A stretch of DNA of 64,000 nucleotides from Eledone cirrhosa (GCA_964016885.1 OZ024755.1:4092001-4156000); one strand, 5' to 3'; positions 1 to 13,350 are shown, counted from the stretch's first letter. Made by a program: numbers and translations. The notes: generated by a model not told the origin, from the letters alone.

Positions 1-394
1 TTTTTTTTTGGGGGGGGGTAGTACATCCTGAATATATATATCATAAGCCATGTGCCATAACACAACAGCAATAACTATTTTCTATATCCTTAACTTGTTT
101 GTATATATAACACTAACATTAGTTTTTCACCAGAGTTTCTAGATGAAACATACTTTAAAGGTTATTTCTGTGGCATCACTTCAGATAATAGTGACCTCCT
201 GTCAAATATTGTGCTAGAAAATTAAATTATAATTCAGGAGTTGAAAAATGCCTTTAAATAGTCGTAGAAAGTGAATAAAATATCCTATAAATAGTGGTTA
301 ATTTATAGGTAAAAATCGAACTGAAAGGGAGTTATGGGAAGATGAGTCATAAACACAATTTCCAACACAATCCATTTTTACCTACAAAATCAGG

Positions 395-438
<44 letters not shown>

Positions 439-535
439 TCAGCGAGATTCGTATTTCGGCTGGTAGAAAAAGCGAAACGAAACGCAAAATCGTATATATA
501 TATATATATATATAGTGTGTGTGTGGGGGGGGGGG

Positions 536-724
536 TGTCACATTGTGGTAGGAAATTAAATTTTAGTTTTTGGTGTTGAGAAGTTCTTTAAATAGATGTA
601 AAATAGAACGAACCAATATATATATATATATATATTTATATAGTGGTTCGTTCTACTTTTACATCTATTTAAAGAACTTCTCAACACCAAAAACTAAAAT
701 TTAATTTCCTACCACAATGTGACA
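536..724. repeat. Inverted repeat (~80-bp arms 536-615 / 644-724) around a (TA)n spacer
   Basis: TGTCACATTGTGGTAGGAAATT...GAACGAACCA recurs as a near-exact reverse complement after the TA tract. Confidence 0.9.
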
Positions 725-769
725 GCATGTATGTCAAGATTGCTAAAGTTATCACCCATGAATAAACCT

Positions 770-940
770 CTCCAAACACCACCATACCACTCCCCAACAC
801 CACCATACCACTCCCCAAACACCACCATACCACTCCCCAAACACCACCGTACCACTCCCCAAACACCACCGTACCACTCCCCAAACACCACCGTACCACT
901 CCCCAAACACCACCATACCACTCCCCAAACACCACCATAT
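770..940. repeat. 22-bp minisatellite CCACTCCCCAAACACCACC(A/G)TA, ~7 copies
   Basis: Direct reading of tandem units. Confidence 0.9.
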
Positions 941-1079
941 ATATAGGTGTTTCTTTGTCATTTCGTTCTCCTTCAATAAATATAGACAAAGATTGTGAGA
1001 AGAAAGGTTTGAAACAACTGACAAACCTAAGCAAGGCGGGAAAGAGAGAGAGGTCTTCTTTACGTGTCTCTTGCTGGCT

Positions 1080-1790
1080 TGTTGTTGTTGTTATTGGTGG
1101 TGGTGGTGGTACTGGTGGTGGTGGTACTAGTGGTGGTAATGGTGGTGGTGGTGGTAGTGGTGGTGGTGGTGGGGGTAATGGTGGTGGTGGCGGTACTGGT
1201 GGTAGTAATGGTGGTGGTGGTACTGGTGATGGTGGTGGTGGTACTAGTGGTGGTAATGGTGGTGGTGGTGGTACTGGTGGTAATGGTGGTGGTGGCGGTA
1301 CTGGTGGTAGTAATAGTGGTGGTGGTAATGGTGGTGGTGGCGGTACTGGTGGTAGTAATGGTGGTGGTGGTAATGGTGGTGGTGGTGGTACTGGTGGTGG
1401 TGGTGGTGGTGGTGGTAATGGTGATGGTGGTGGTGGTACTAGTGGTGGTAATGGTGGTGGTGGTGGTGGTACTGGTGGTAATGGTGGTGGTGGCGGTACT
1501 GGTGGTAGTAATAGTGGTGGTGGTAATGGTGGTGGTGGTACTGGTGGTGGTGGTGGTGGTAATGGTGGTAATGGTGGTGGTGGTGGTAATGGTGGTAATG
1601 GTGGTGGTGGTAGTAATGGTGGTGGTGGCGGTACTGGTGGTAGTAATAGTGGTGGTGGTAATGGTGGTGGTGGTACTGGTGGTGGTGGTGGTGGTAATGG
1701 TGGTAATGGTGGTGGTGGTGGTAATGGTGGTGGTGGTGGTGATGGTGGTACTAATGGTGGAGGTAATGGTGGTGGTGGTGATAATGTTGG
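1080..1790. repeat. Interrupted (GGT)n trinucleotide array with higher-order duplications
   Basis: GGT runs with AAT/ACT/AGT variants; open in several frames on both strands. Confidence 0.9.
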
Positions 1791-2045
1791 TGTCCAATCA
1801 GAGAGGGGGATAATAACGCTTGCTAACTTCCTTCTTCTTGCTGTTGTTGTCGTTGTTGTTGTTATTTCTCATTCTGTTTACCTGTATCTATTTACCTGGT
1901 TTCTAATCTAGGCCCAAGGTCAACAGTTTATCCTACTCCCCCCTCCTTCACCATTTTATCCTACTCCCCCCTCCTTGACACTCACTCTATATCAACTGTC
2001 CAAAAGTGAAGTATGATGCAATGAAATATGTCCGGTTTTCAGTAG

Positions 2046-2059
2046 ATGTGTGTGTGTGA

Positions 2060-2147
<88 letters not shown>

Positions 2148-2344
2148 CTCTATGTAAAAAAAAATGTGAATGTGTCATGGCGGACTTCCCCAAATATTTA
2201 TACCCCTCCCAATGTGTTCTGTTCTCTTTTTTCATTACTCTTTTACTATTTTACCTGTTTCAGCCATCCTGCTGAGGCCATATAGATACACGCACACACA
2301 CGCACACGCACACACACGCACACACGCACACGCTGACACACACA

Positions 2345-2419
<75 letters not shown>

Positions 2420-2420
2420 A
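2046..2420. repeat. (GT)n and (CA)n microsatellites in inverted arrangement
   Basis: Direct reading. Confidence 0.9.
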
Positions 2421-2747
2421 TATATATATATATGAAAATTGCATACTTGACTGTCACCACAGAATATGAACCTGAAGATTGCGAAAGCATGAAAGTACTT
2501 GTTCAATTAAACTTAACATTTAATATTCTACCATACTATTTCATTCTAATACCATTATACATTTTAAAGGATTGTAAATAAAACGAGTAAATCAGACAAA
2601 GTTGGAATTCCTTTTATTAATATAATCTTCTATACACAATCATACACACCCGTGTATATTTATTTATATAAAGTATCGTCTTCCTGTCTTCCTCCGGTTG
2701 CAACGTTTTTTGAAATATCCACTTCTGCGTTTACAGATTGACTTTGT

Positions 2748-2906
2748 TAGTTTCAGAAGATACCATTAAGGGTGAAAGCAGCGATTCTTTGGTTAAACTT
2801 TAATCTGTTATTTTAATAAATATTTGCTCTACGGTTCTTATATATTTGATATATATTTATCCTTATCAAGCCCTCTTTGGATTTTAGTCTTCAAATTTAT
2901 TATTAT

Positions 2907-2912
<6 letters not shown>
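2748..2912 (+). mobile_element. Dispersed (TA)n-tailed repeat; second copy at 58456-58620
   Basis: AGTTTCAGAAGAT..AAGGGTGAAAGCAGCGATTC...CAAATTTATTATTATTAC(TA)n is nearly identical at both loci. Confidence 0.8.
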
Positions 2913-2940
<28 letters not shown>

Positions 2941-2945
<5 letters not shown>

Positions 2946-3000
2946 AACGAGTAAGACCCCGACGGCTGAGCTCAAGCCGTTTCGACGGCTAATTCTCGAC

Positions 3001-3002
<2 letters not shown>
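2941..3002. mobile_element. Single arm of palindromic (TA)n-embedded element (family I)
   Basis: Matches the left arm of 16971-17095; flanked by TA tracts. Confidence 0.8.
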
Positions 3003-3081
<79 letters not shown>

Positions 3082-3086
<5 letters not shown>

Positions 3087-3295
3087 AGGTAAACAGAAAT
3101 AACAATACAATTGGTACAGTATATAGAAGGGATATATTAGGTTAACGCTTGATATAGCAGGAAGAGGGTCCTAATGTTTCGCACGTTAGTCCTTCATCAG
3201 AAGAAATAATGAGAAATAAAATAGATTGCGGGGACGGGCGGGTTGGAATTGGAAAAAATGTCTTTAGATAAAAATAACAGGTCCATTCATGTTGA

Positions 3296-3300
<5 letters not shown>
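3082..3300 (-). mobile_element. Microsatellite-embedded hammerhead-bearing element, family A (other copies ~17640-18000, 49440-49645, 57313-57475)
   Basis: Four ~200-bp near-identical copies; minus strand carries CTGAYGA-A-GGAC-TAGC-GTCC-GAAA core. Confidence 0.8.
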
Positions 3301-3339
<39 letters not shown>

Positions 3340-3409
3340 GATTGCTTCCCCCTCGTTATCGAGTATGGCCATTGCACGAAAACAAAATAAAAATAACGAC
3401 AATAATAAT

Positions 3410-3505
3410 GGTTTCTTATATAGGCACAAAGCCAGTAATTTGGGGGAGGGGGAAGTCGATTGAATCGACTCCAGTGCGTCACTGGTACTTTATTTTATCT
3501 ACCCC
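3410..3505 (-). mobile_element. 3' part of Nin/Deu-domain tRNA SINE
   Basis: Matches the SINE tail (GGCACAAAGCCAG...ACTGGTACTTTATTTTATC). Confidence 0.75.
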
Positions 3506-3914
3506 ATGTGTGTGTGTGTGTGCGTCTGTGCGTGTGTGTGTGTGTGTGTGTATCAAATGATAACGGATGTACATACAAACTGAAAACAGATATAAAACTG
3601 AGCCCCACTTCCCTATACACCCGTTACTATTTAATATACATGTTCTTGGGTAAATGTGTGAGTTGATACATTAATGTAAACACAGTTGGTTTCTCTATAT
3701 GTGTGTGTTTCTGTGTGTGTATGTCTGTGTGTGTCTAGATGAGTGTGTGTGTGTGTGTGTCTTTATGTGTTTACGTGTGAGAGCGAGTGCTAAAAAAAGA
3801 TAAGTGGAGCCAGCCACGTTCAACCCCTACCGTGAATTGATGTGGTGGGTTGTCCTTTTGATAGTGTTGGAGTTAAAGGTAACTAGATGAGTGCTTCAGT
3901 AAGAGTGGGTGAGT

Positions 3915-3915
3915 G

Positions 3916-3950
<35 letters not shown>

Positions 3951-4107
3951 TTATATATTTATTTATATATATATTTATATTTATATATATATTTATTTAT
4001 ATATTTATTTATATATATATTTATATTTATATATATATTTATATATATATATATATATACATAAATATATATATATATTTATATACATATATATATTTAT
4101 ATACATA

Positions 4108-4144
<37 letters not shown>

Positions 4145-4460
4145 TTACATAAATATATATATATTTACATAAATATATATATATTTATATACATATATAT
4201 ATATATTTATATACATATATATATATATTTATATACATATATATATATATTTATATACATATATATATATATTTATATACATAATATATATATATTTATA
4301 TACATATATATATATATTTATATACATATATATATATATATATTTATATACATATATATTTACCTATATATATATATTTATATACATATATATATATATA
4401 TATTTATATACATATATTTATATATTTATATACATATATTTATATATATATATATACATA

Positions 4461-4527
<67 letters not shown>

Positions 4528-4610
4528 CGAAGGAAATGTGGTAAGGAACCAGGTTATATATATATATTTATATATATACTTATATATTTACATATATATA
4601 TATATATATT
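3915..4610. repeat. Degenerate (TA)n/(TATATT)/(TACA) array
   Basis: Direct reading. Confidence 0.95.
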
Positions 4611-4635
4611 TTTTTTTTACAAACAAACTATATAT

Positions 4636-5012
4636 AAATCATTTGTTTGTTAAAATAATTAAATTAAATTAATTCAACAGTTAAACACACATAGGAATGA
4701 TAAGGTTGTTACCAAAGAGCCAGAAGATTGACAAGTTGACCCTAAATATTACTAATAGCTCTAGGAAAGCCATGAATTACACCACATCTCTTTTTAACTT
4801 TGATTTTGAAAGTAGGTTTATAATTATTAATTTTCACTGTACTTTTGTAGCTGTCTCGGCGGCCTAGTTGGAGGAATCATAGACGGTGGGGATCCTGGTC
4901 TGAAGTTCGATGCTGGTCGGGAGTAGGGTTCCTGGTAAACCTTTTCATTTTTTTTTCTATGGGATGTAAATTAAAACTGAAAAAAGGTTACATGTACCCC
5001 TTGACCAGGATT
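4636..5012 (+). mobile_element. Truncated copy of tRNA-containing fold-back element (longer copy 62565-63130)
   Basis: High identity to 62565-62930; contains CGGCCTAGTTGG..GTTCGATGC A/B-box-like motifs. Confidence 0.8.
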
Positions 5013-5709
5013 GAAGAGAGGATAAAACAATGAGGGTTGGTGTGAAGGAGGGTCAAGTCGATTAAATCATCCCTCGTACTTGACTGTTACTTATTTTATC
5101 GTCCATAGAAAGATGAAAGTAAAATCGATCTTGACAAGTTTCGAACTAAGTACGTAAAAGTACTCAATACATTACTGCCCACACATATGTGTCGAGGTAG
5201 AGAGCATAAAGGTTTAGAGGGGGTAAAGGAAGTGAGAGACTGGGAGAGAGGGGGGGGAGAGACAAAGAGAAGTATAGACTGAGAGAGAGAGAATCAGAGT
5301 AAGAGAAAGATTGAGAGAGAGAGACAGAGAAAGACAGAGAGAAGGTAGGTGAAGCGGTAAATAGAGTGAGATAGTGAGACAGGGTGAGAGAGAGAGACAT
5401 AGAGACAGAGAGAGACAGAGAGAGACATAGTGAAAGAGAGAGAGACAGGGTGAGAGAGAGTGAGAGAGAGACAGAAAGAAAGACAGAATGAGAGAGTGAG
5501 AAGGTAAGAGAAGCGGGAGAGATAGTTTGAGAATGAATAAGAGACAGAGACGGAATGTAAGTGAAATAATGAGAGGGTCGGGGATAAATATGGTAAGAGG
5601 GAGGGGAGGGGGGTTAGTGAGTTTCTAGGGGGGGGGGGGGGGAGTAACCGAAAATAGTTGATGTTATCATGGCATTTGTTGCTGATGTTTATTCCAAGAA
5701 ATGGCTTCG

Positions 5710-6148
5710 TTTTGTTGTTGTGGTGGTGGTGGTGGTGGTGGTGGTTGCTGCTGCTGTTGTGGTGGTGGTAGTTGTTCCTGCTGCTGTTGTGGTGGTGGTC
5801 GTGGTGGTGGTGGTGGTGGTGGTTGCTGCTGTTGTGGTCGTGGTGGTGGTGGTTGCTGCTGTTGTGGTGGTGGTGGTGGTGGTGGTGGGGTTGTTGTTGT
5901 GGTGGTGGTGGTGGCTGCTGCTGCTGTGGTGGTGGTGGTGGTGGTGGCTGCTGCTGCTGCAGTTGTAGTTGTTGTTATTGTTGTTGTGGTGGTGGTTGGT
6001 GTTGTATTTGTTGTTGTTATTGTTACGGTGATGGTGGTGGTGTTGTTGTTGCTGTTATTGTTGTTATTGTTACAATGGTGGTGGTGGTGTTGTTGTTGCT
6101 GTTATTGTTGTTATTACAATGGTGGTGGTGTTGCTGTTGTTGTTGATG
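5710..6148. repeat. (GGT/GTT/GCT)n low-complexity array
   Basis: Direct reading. Confidence 0.9.
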
Positions 6149-6261
6149 TCTGTTACAGTTCTCACAAAAGTGATATTTTACGTCGACTCCATCTTGGCGG
6201 CACGATCTTGTAAAACCACATCAGTCGACTTAGTTAACGTGTAATGACAGCTGCTGTCACC

Positions 6262-6263
<2 letters not shown>

Positions 6264-6316
<53 letters not shown>

Positions 6317-6378
6317 CATACAAAAACACACACGTGTATGTATATATATACATACACACACACACACATATATATGTG

Positions 6379-6453
<75 letters not shown>

Positions 6454-6467
6454 ATATATATATATAC

Positions 6468-6505
<38 letters not shown>

Positions 6506-6573
6506 GCAAACACATATACACATATATATATATGTATATATATGTATATATATATATATATATATGCAAACAC

Positions 6574-6626
<53 letters not shown>

Positions 6627-6929
6627 AACATATAAACATATATATATATAAGAAAGAAAAAAGAGGTGAGGGGTGAGACCACGCCACCCCCTCCCTTATC
6701 AAGACAAAACTGTACATATTAAATAACAACAACGTCTTTATTCAATAATAATTTCTTTAGCAAACAAGTGAAACAACAAACACTACATCATAATAGAGAA
6801 ACACTGCAGAGAGCAGCCATTTTGAATAATGAATGCTTCAATGGCGGTTTCATGTTTACATTACATAAATTGATTTGATGTTTTGCCTCGTATTATTGCG
6901 CTGTCTCTCTCTATATATACACACACATC

Positions 6930-6990
<61 letters not shown>

Positions 6991-7022
6991 ATATATATAT
7001 AGAGAGAGAGAGAGATATATAG

Positions 7023-7085
<63 letters not shown>

Positions 7086-7098
7086 ATATATATTATAT

Positions 7099-7134
<36 letters not shown>

Positions 7135-7295
7135 CATATATATATTATATATATATATGTATATATACATACATACATACATACATATGTATGTATATAT
7201 ATATATATATATATATACATGCATGCATGTATATATATATTATATATATATATGTATATATACATACATACATATATATGTATATATACATACAT

Positions 7296-7349
<54 letters not shown>

Positions 7350-7416
7350 GCATACATGTATATATATATTATATATATATGTATATATACATACATACAT
7401 ATGTATATATACATAC

Positions 7417-7453
<37 letters not shown>

Positions 7454-7461
7454 CATACATG

Positions 7462-7508
<47 letters not shown>

Positions 7509-7510
7509 CC
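6264..7510. repeat. Compound (CA)n/(TA)n/(TATG)n/(GA)n microsatellites with a short unique spacer (~6650-6900)
   Basis: Direct reading. Confidence 0.9.
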
Positions 7511-7678
7511 GGGAGCGAGATATATAAATATAACTTTATATATTTTATATGAAGAACTGTCATCTACTGTGAAATAAATGGAATCAGAAAATGGTATTTT
7601 CTGAGACTCAACAGAAGGGAAAATATACAGCTAATACTGATGGAAGTATAGGAGATGTAACTACTACTAATATCTCTG

Positions 7679-7679
<1 letters not shown>

Positions 7680-7722
<43 letters not shown>

Positions 7723-7826
7723 GCTGCTGTTGCTATTACTACTACTACTGCTGCTGCTGCTGTTGCTATTACTACTGTTACTGTTGCTATTACTACTGTT
7801 ACTGCTGCTATTACTACTACTACTAT

Positions 7827-7875
<49 letters not shown>

Positions 7876-7960
7876 TACTATTATTGCCATTACTACTATT
7901 ACTACTACTACTATTACTACTACCACTACTATTACTACTACTACTGCTGCTGCTGCTACA
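7680..7960. repeat. (ACT/GCT)n array
   Basis: Direct reading. Confidence 0.9.
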
Positions 7961-8350
7961 GCAATGTTCCCCTGTAGATTAACTCACTTCTTAACAGAAT
8001 AGGTTACACGTTTCATCAAACAAATGTATTGGTCAACAACTAATTAACTATCAAACACAAACAAACACAAACAAATTAAAACAAACTAGTACTAACTCCA
8101 CTATTACGTAATCATCTGACTCTCTAACCAGTTGTAATCATTGTTAATTTATTGTGTCACCTCTATCATCATTTCCTCAACTCAACGTATCCATCCACAC
8201 CGCCATCCCACTTCCCACCAGAAATTAGAGTTTCTACTTTTGGCACAAGGTCAGCAATTACCCCAGTGTAATGTCGAGATGGAGTCAGTAAAGTGGACAG
8301 CCGTAAATATGAATAGGAAGGATGAGATCTTATATTTAACGGTCACTGAA

Positions 8351-8545
8351 ATAATTGTTTCTACTTTTGGCACAAGGCCAGCAATCACCTCAGTACATTA
8401 CTGGTACTTTATTTTATCGACCTCGTAAGGATGAAAGGCAAAGTTAACCTCGGCGGATTTGAACTCGGAACGCAAAGGGCCGTAACTCTATGCTGCAAAG
8501 CATGGTATCTGACGCTCTACCGATACTGCCAAACCACCTTCCACT
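8351..8545 (-). mobile_element. tRNA-derived SINE with Nin/Deu domain
   Basis: Reverse complement has a tRNA-like head with B box GAGTTCAAATCC and GCCTTTCATCCTTACG.GGTCGATAAAATAAAGTACCAG, matching the recalled Nin/DeuSINE core. Confidence 0.85.
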
Positions 8546-9119
8546 AGAAATTAGGTGATTCTATTTCTGTTCAGTTCGTTAAGGATATTTAATTGATTAA
8601 TTGCGTGAATATTCATTCTGGAATTTCAGGAAATACTGTTGTTTGGAAGTTCAACTATATTTTATTCTAGATTGTTTACTGGAAATAATACCCCACCTCC
8701 CCTGCTTTTATTCTTGTTTTTTTTTTATATATAAATATTGTTCTTTAGTCATTTATTTCAATGGTTGCTTGGATGTACGAAAAAAATAAAATGAAGTTCA
8801 GTTATGAAAGAAAAAAAAATGGAGTTCTGTAAAAATACTTTTTATAGAAAAAAAAACAAGATGCAATAAAAATGGCGGTTTCACCAGTATTTTTATTGTA
8901 TTGTTCGACTGAATTCCTACTGGTATAATAAAACACGTGTAAGCGGCTGATAATTTCAGGGAAACGTAGTGTAGCCTTTATGCAATTCTCTAACCGAATC
9001 AGCGTGACATAATATTACAAAGCTGGACCTTAGAATTACAACTATAACCAAGCAGGAAAGTGAAGGGAATAGAGAGAAAAAATGATTTACAGTCTTGTAT
9101 ATTATTTATAGATGTCAAA

Positions 9120-9520
9120 ATAATTGTTTCTACTTTTGGCACAAGGCCAGCAATTACCAGTACATTACTGGTACTTTATTTTATCGACCCCGTAAGGATG
9201 AAAGGCAAAGTTAACCTCGGCGGGATTTGAACTCAGATCATAAAGAGACGTAACTCTATGCTTAAAAGCATGGTGTCCGACTCTCTACCGATACTGCCAA
9301 TCCACCGCCCTTGATGTCAAGATGTCAAAATAATTGTTTCTACTTTAGGCACAAGGCCAGCAATTACCCAGTGCATTACTGGTACTTATTTTATCGACCC
9401 CGTAAGGATGAAAGCCAAAGTCAACCTCGGCGGGATTTGAACTCAGATCGTAAAGGGACGTAACTATGCTGGAAAGCATGGCGTCCGACCCTCTACCGAT
9501 ACTGCCAATCCACCGCCCTA
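9120..9520 (-). mobile_element. Two tandem full-length Nin-domain SINEs (9120-9311, 9330-9519)
   Basis: Same consensus as above; junctions share AGATGTCAAAATAAT. Confidence 0.85.
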
Positions 9521-9647
9521 TGTCAATCTACCCGTCAAGATGTCAAAATAATGAAAGGTAATGTTGACCTTGGTAGGGATTTGAATTCAGGGTGCAGAGA
9601 AACGGAACGAATACTGCAATGCATTCTATTGGTGGAGGCGCGAGAGG

Positions 9648-9835
9648 TAGTGGTAAGTTGACAGTATCGGTAGAGGGTCGGATGCCATGCTTTCCAGCAT
9701 GGTTACGTCCCTTTACGATCTGAGTTCAAATCCCGCCGAGGTTAACTTTGCCTTTCATCCTTACGGGGTCGATAAAATAAAGTACCAGTAATGCACTGGG
9801 TGATTGCTGGCCTTGTGCCTAAAGTAGAAACAATT
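9648..9835 (+). mobile_element. Nin-domain SINE, plus strand
   Basis: Same consensus, opposite orientation. Confidence 0.85.
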
Positions 9836-9842
9836 ATAATAT

Positions 9843-9962
9843 CGTGGGTTCGATTCCTGGACTGGGTTATGTGTTGAGTTCTTTAGCAAAACATTTAATT
9901 TCCGCTGACAATGAGTATCAGCAATTGCTGGGAGTTTAACCCTATGATGGACTGGCATCCAG
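9843..9962 (+). mobile_element. CORE-like tRNA SINE fragment
   Basis: GGGTTCGATTCCTGG B box followed by GTGTTGAGTTCTTTAGCAAAAC, similar to the 34331 copy. Confidence 0.55.
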
Positions 9963-9964
9963 AT

Positions 9965-10230
9965 TTTACGGGCAAAAACCAACCGGCAGGAGACCCAAGG
10001 GGTAGACCCCGAGCAAGATGGTTGAATAATATCCATGAGCTTGGCTAGGCCCGCTTGGGGATCCTGCCAGATCAGTTGGAGATGGTTGCTTCTGACAGGA
10101 CCTGCTGGAAGGAGTGTTTGAGGACTCTCCCCCCCCCCCACTCCCCCACGACCCTCTCAGGAATAAGTGGGCGAAGAAGAAGGAGGAGAAGAAGAAGGAG
10201 AAGAAGAACGAAGAAGAAGAAAAAGAAGAG
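9965..10230 (+). mobile_element. RTE-clade LINE 3' end (Rex3/Expander-like) with (GAA)n tail
   Basis: With frameshifts: KPTGRRP.GRPRARWLNNIHEL..ARLGILPDQLEMVASDRTCWKECLRTLPP, typical RTE C-terminus. Confidence 0.75.
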
Positions 10231-10419
10231 CATGAGAGAGTCAACAGTATTAATAAATAAGAAAATATAGAAAAGGTTTTAATGGGAGACATTGGTAAAG
10301 TAGCAGGAAACATGAAAAGTGAATGTCAAACATTGACAGGGATGATAATGACAAGTGGTAGGACAGGGGGGTGGGGGGAGAATAAGGAATAGCAGAGAGA
10401 GGCGGGGGGGGGGCAGTAC

Positions 10420-10800
10420 GATGGGGATGAAAATGACGATGATAACGGCGGCGACGATGATGATGATGATAACGGCAATGGCGAACTTGGTAATGATTAT
10501 CATCGTCGTCGTGATCATCATCGGTGGTGGTGGTGGAGGTGGTGGTGGTGATGACGGTGGTGGTGATGGTGGTCGTGACGGTGGTGGTGGTGGTGGTGAT
10601 GACAGTGATAACGTTGGTAACGATAACGGCGACGACGATGATGATGATGGTGATGATAATAAAGATGATGATGATGATGATGGTGATAATGATGACGACG
10701 TCGATGATGATAAAAAGGATGATGATGATGATGATATTTATGATGTTGATGATGATGATGATGATAACGACGATAACAACGATGGCGTCGACGATGATTC
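10420..10800. repeat. (GAT/GGT/GAC)n low-complexity array
   Basis: Direct reading. Confidence 0.9.
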
Positions 10801-11061
10801 TTCCGCAGACCAGAATTTCTGGCAAGTATAAGGAAGAGGCCAGGCAATATGTTTTAATGGCTGATTACACAATTAAAGCCAACAAACAGCAGCCAACCTC
10901 TGGAATGACAGACGTTACAGAGAACTGATCATATCAAGATATTTTCACCGGTTTGGACAGGAAGACTAATCAAATATCAATATTTCACTGAGGCGCAGCA
11001 TTCACACACGGTTAAAGACTATGGTTAATGATTCTGATATTGACGGGAAGATTAAATCAAT

Positions 11062-11335
11062 TAAATTGTGCCACACAGAGCAGTGACTTTGAGCAGTGAA
11101 ATTGAACCCTGACATTGAGCAGTGAAACTGAACTGTGACACTGAACTGTGGCACAGAACTGTGGTACTGAACTGCCACACAAAGCAGTGGCACTGAGCAG
11201 TGAAACTGAACTGTGACATTGAGCAGTGAAACTGAACTGTGACACTGAACTGCCACACAAAGCAGTGAAACTGAACTGTGACATTAAGCAGTAAAACTGA
11301 ACTTTGGCCCAGAACTGTGGAACTGAATTGTGGCC
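11062..11335. repeat. Degenerate minisatellite built from GCAGTGAAACTGAACTGTGACA units
   Basis: Repeated ACTGAACTG(TG) modules. Confidence 0.8.
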
Positions 11336-11339
11336 TTGT

Positions 11340-11567
11340 TTAACTCTTTAGCATTTACATTACTCTATATTTACTATTATATTTTCATGGTAAAGGCTTT
11401 ACCTCACGTAATTATCTCACATAATATTGAATCTATGAGATTTTGATATTATTTATTTTGAGATCAATACTTTAACACAAGTATGAGCGGCTGGTTACAG
11501 CTGGTTTGAACAGAAAGAGGAGGGAGAATTCTGGCCGGATATGGCCGGTTTAAATGTTAACAGGTTA
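11340..11567. mobile_element. TTAA-bounded MITE (piggyBac-type); other copies 14662-15059 (inverted, SINE-interrupted) and ~43937-44113 (partial)
   Basis: TIRs TTAACTCTTTAGCATTTA / TAAATGTTAACAGGTTAA; three copies in window. Confidence 0.8.
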
Positions 11568-11679
11568 AATTGTTTACAATGTCTAGTTTAAAATATTAAA
11601 CTTTGGTATTGTACCACATTTAACAGCGAGACTGTTTAAATTATTTACTTTAAATTATTTACTATGTGCAGCTTAAAAT

Positions 11680-11898
11680 ATTGGTTTCTGATTTAGGCAC
11701 AAGGCCAGCAATTTGGAGGAGGGGAAAGTCGATTAAATCGACCCCAGTGCGTTACTGGTACATTATTCTATCGATCTTGTAAGGATGAAAGGCAAAGCTA
11801 ACTTCAGCGGGTTTTGAATTCAAAACGTAAATGGACGTAACAATATACCACAAAGCATGTTGTTCGACGCTCTACCGAAACTGCCAATCACTGCCCTT
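11680..11898 (-). mobile_element. Nin-domain SINE
   Basis: Family consensus match. Confidence 0.8.
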
Positions 11899-12079
11899 AG
11901 ATATAAAGATATATTAAATAATAGGGAATGACTAGAAGTAATGCATTATTGTATCTTAGTGAATACATTTCATATATCGAAGCATACTTAATTCTGGTAG
12001 GAATTTTCCTTTAAGTTTCAAATTTAGCTGGAGAAAGCTGATTTCGGTAGATCCCAAGCTTAGCTCATACTTCTTTCGT

Positions 12080-12300
12080 AATGACATAAGTGGTAAAAAT
12101 ATGACTTTTTTAATGATATAAGCGATAAAAATATGACTTTTTTAATGATATAAGCGGTAGAAATATAACCTTTTTAAATGAGATAAGCGGTATAAATATA
12201 ACTTTTTAATGACATAAGCGGTATAAATATGACTTTTTTAATGACATAAGCGGTAAAAATATGACTTTTTTAATGACATAAGCAGTAAAAATATGACATG
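12080..12300. repeat. ~31-bp minisatellite AATGACATAAGCGGTAAAAATATGACTTTTT, ~7 copies
   Basis: Direct reading. Confidence 0.9.
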
Positions 12301-12937
12301 AAATGACATCAACCGAAAATCGAAAGCAGTTTTCAATTTTTCAACAGAGTTTAACTCATTTATTATATGATATATAGGATAGAAAGAGAGTAAACAATAT
12401 CCATATAACATTATCAGACGATATAATTAGTTCACAACAGAATTAATGTCAATGTCCTGCTACCATGTTTGTTCGTTTGATTTGCAAGCAATTAAATTAT
12501 TTAATTTACTATTAAATAAACAAGCACCTGTTAAACATTATCCGTAGCTATTTCTTTATAATTTTTGAAAAATAGTTTGTTCAGTGAGTCATTTTAACCA
12601 ATTCTATTATAATTCCTTTACAAACATAGCTTCAATGCCCGCTAAAAACAAACACATCCTAAATTAAAATTCAATAATAACCGTAATTATATTAATCGCT
12701 TTATTATATATCGCTCATATTATTATTTTTTTATCTTTACAAAATGAAAATTAAATAAATTCTAGAGCGATTAAGTTCTTTATTTGTGTTTGAATATAAA
12801 ATATATAACTCGGAACTTCAAACAGGAAATTTACTACAGCTACATAGGGAAGCTTCCTGGTGGTGCATGAATAAATGTATGCGTGTGTATGTGTGAGTGT
12901 ATGTGTATGTGTTTGCGTGTGTGTTTGAAGAATACTT

Positions 12938-13045
12938 GAGCAATGTGAAATGGATGAAGTGTTTTGCTCAAGAACACAACACACCACCACCCAATCCAGG
13001 AATTGAACCCCCGGCCTTATGATCGTAACTCCAACACCCTTACCA
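12938..13045 (-). mobile_element. CORE-like tRNA SINE fragment
   Basis: Reverse complement GGTTCAATTCCTGG..GTGTTGTGTTCTTGAGCAAAACACTT. Confidence 0.6.
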
Positions 13046-13137
13046 GTTGTTACAAATATATTTCTCTGTTTCATGTTTCAGTCTTAATAATGAAATAAGT
13101 TAACTCTACATACAATCCAGACACTCCCCCCTTATTT

Positions 13138-13350
13138 CAGTGGTGGATTGGCAGTATCAATAGAGGGTCAGACACCATGCTTTTCAGCATAGAGTTACGG
13201 CTCTTTATGGTCTGAGTTCAAATCCCACCGAGGTTAACTTTGTCTTTCATCCTTATGGAGTCGATAAAATAAAGTACCAGTCACGCACAGGGGTCGATTT
13301 AATCGACTTTCCACTCCCCCCAAATTACTGGCTTTGTGCCTATATAAGAA
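13138..13350 (+). mobile_element. Nin-domain SINE
   Basis: Family consensus match. Confidence 0.85.

Noticed and set aside
955-1911. 318-aa Gly-rich ORF
   Set aside because: Pure GGT-derived repeat, open in several frames on both strands; similar arrays occur elsewhere in the window
2752-2790. Hammerhead in the CAGAAGA..GGTGAAA repeat (also 58460)
   Set aside because: Both copies have CAGA instead of CTGA and stem I is not evident
6178-6205. GCCGCCAAGATGG (YY1/start-like) on minus strand
   Set aside because: Short motif alone; no downstream exons identified
10809-10928. Possible terminal exon after ttccgcag
   Set aside because: No recognisable homology and no linked upstream exon
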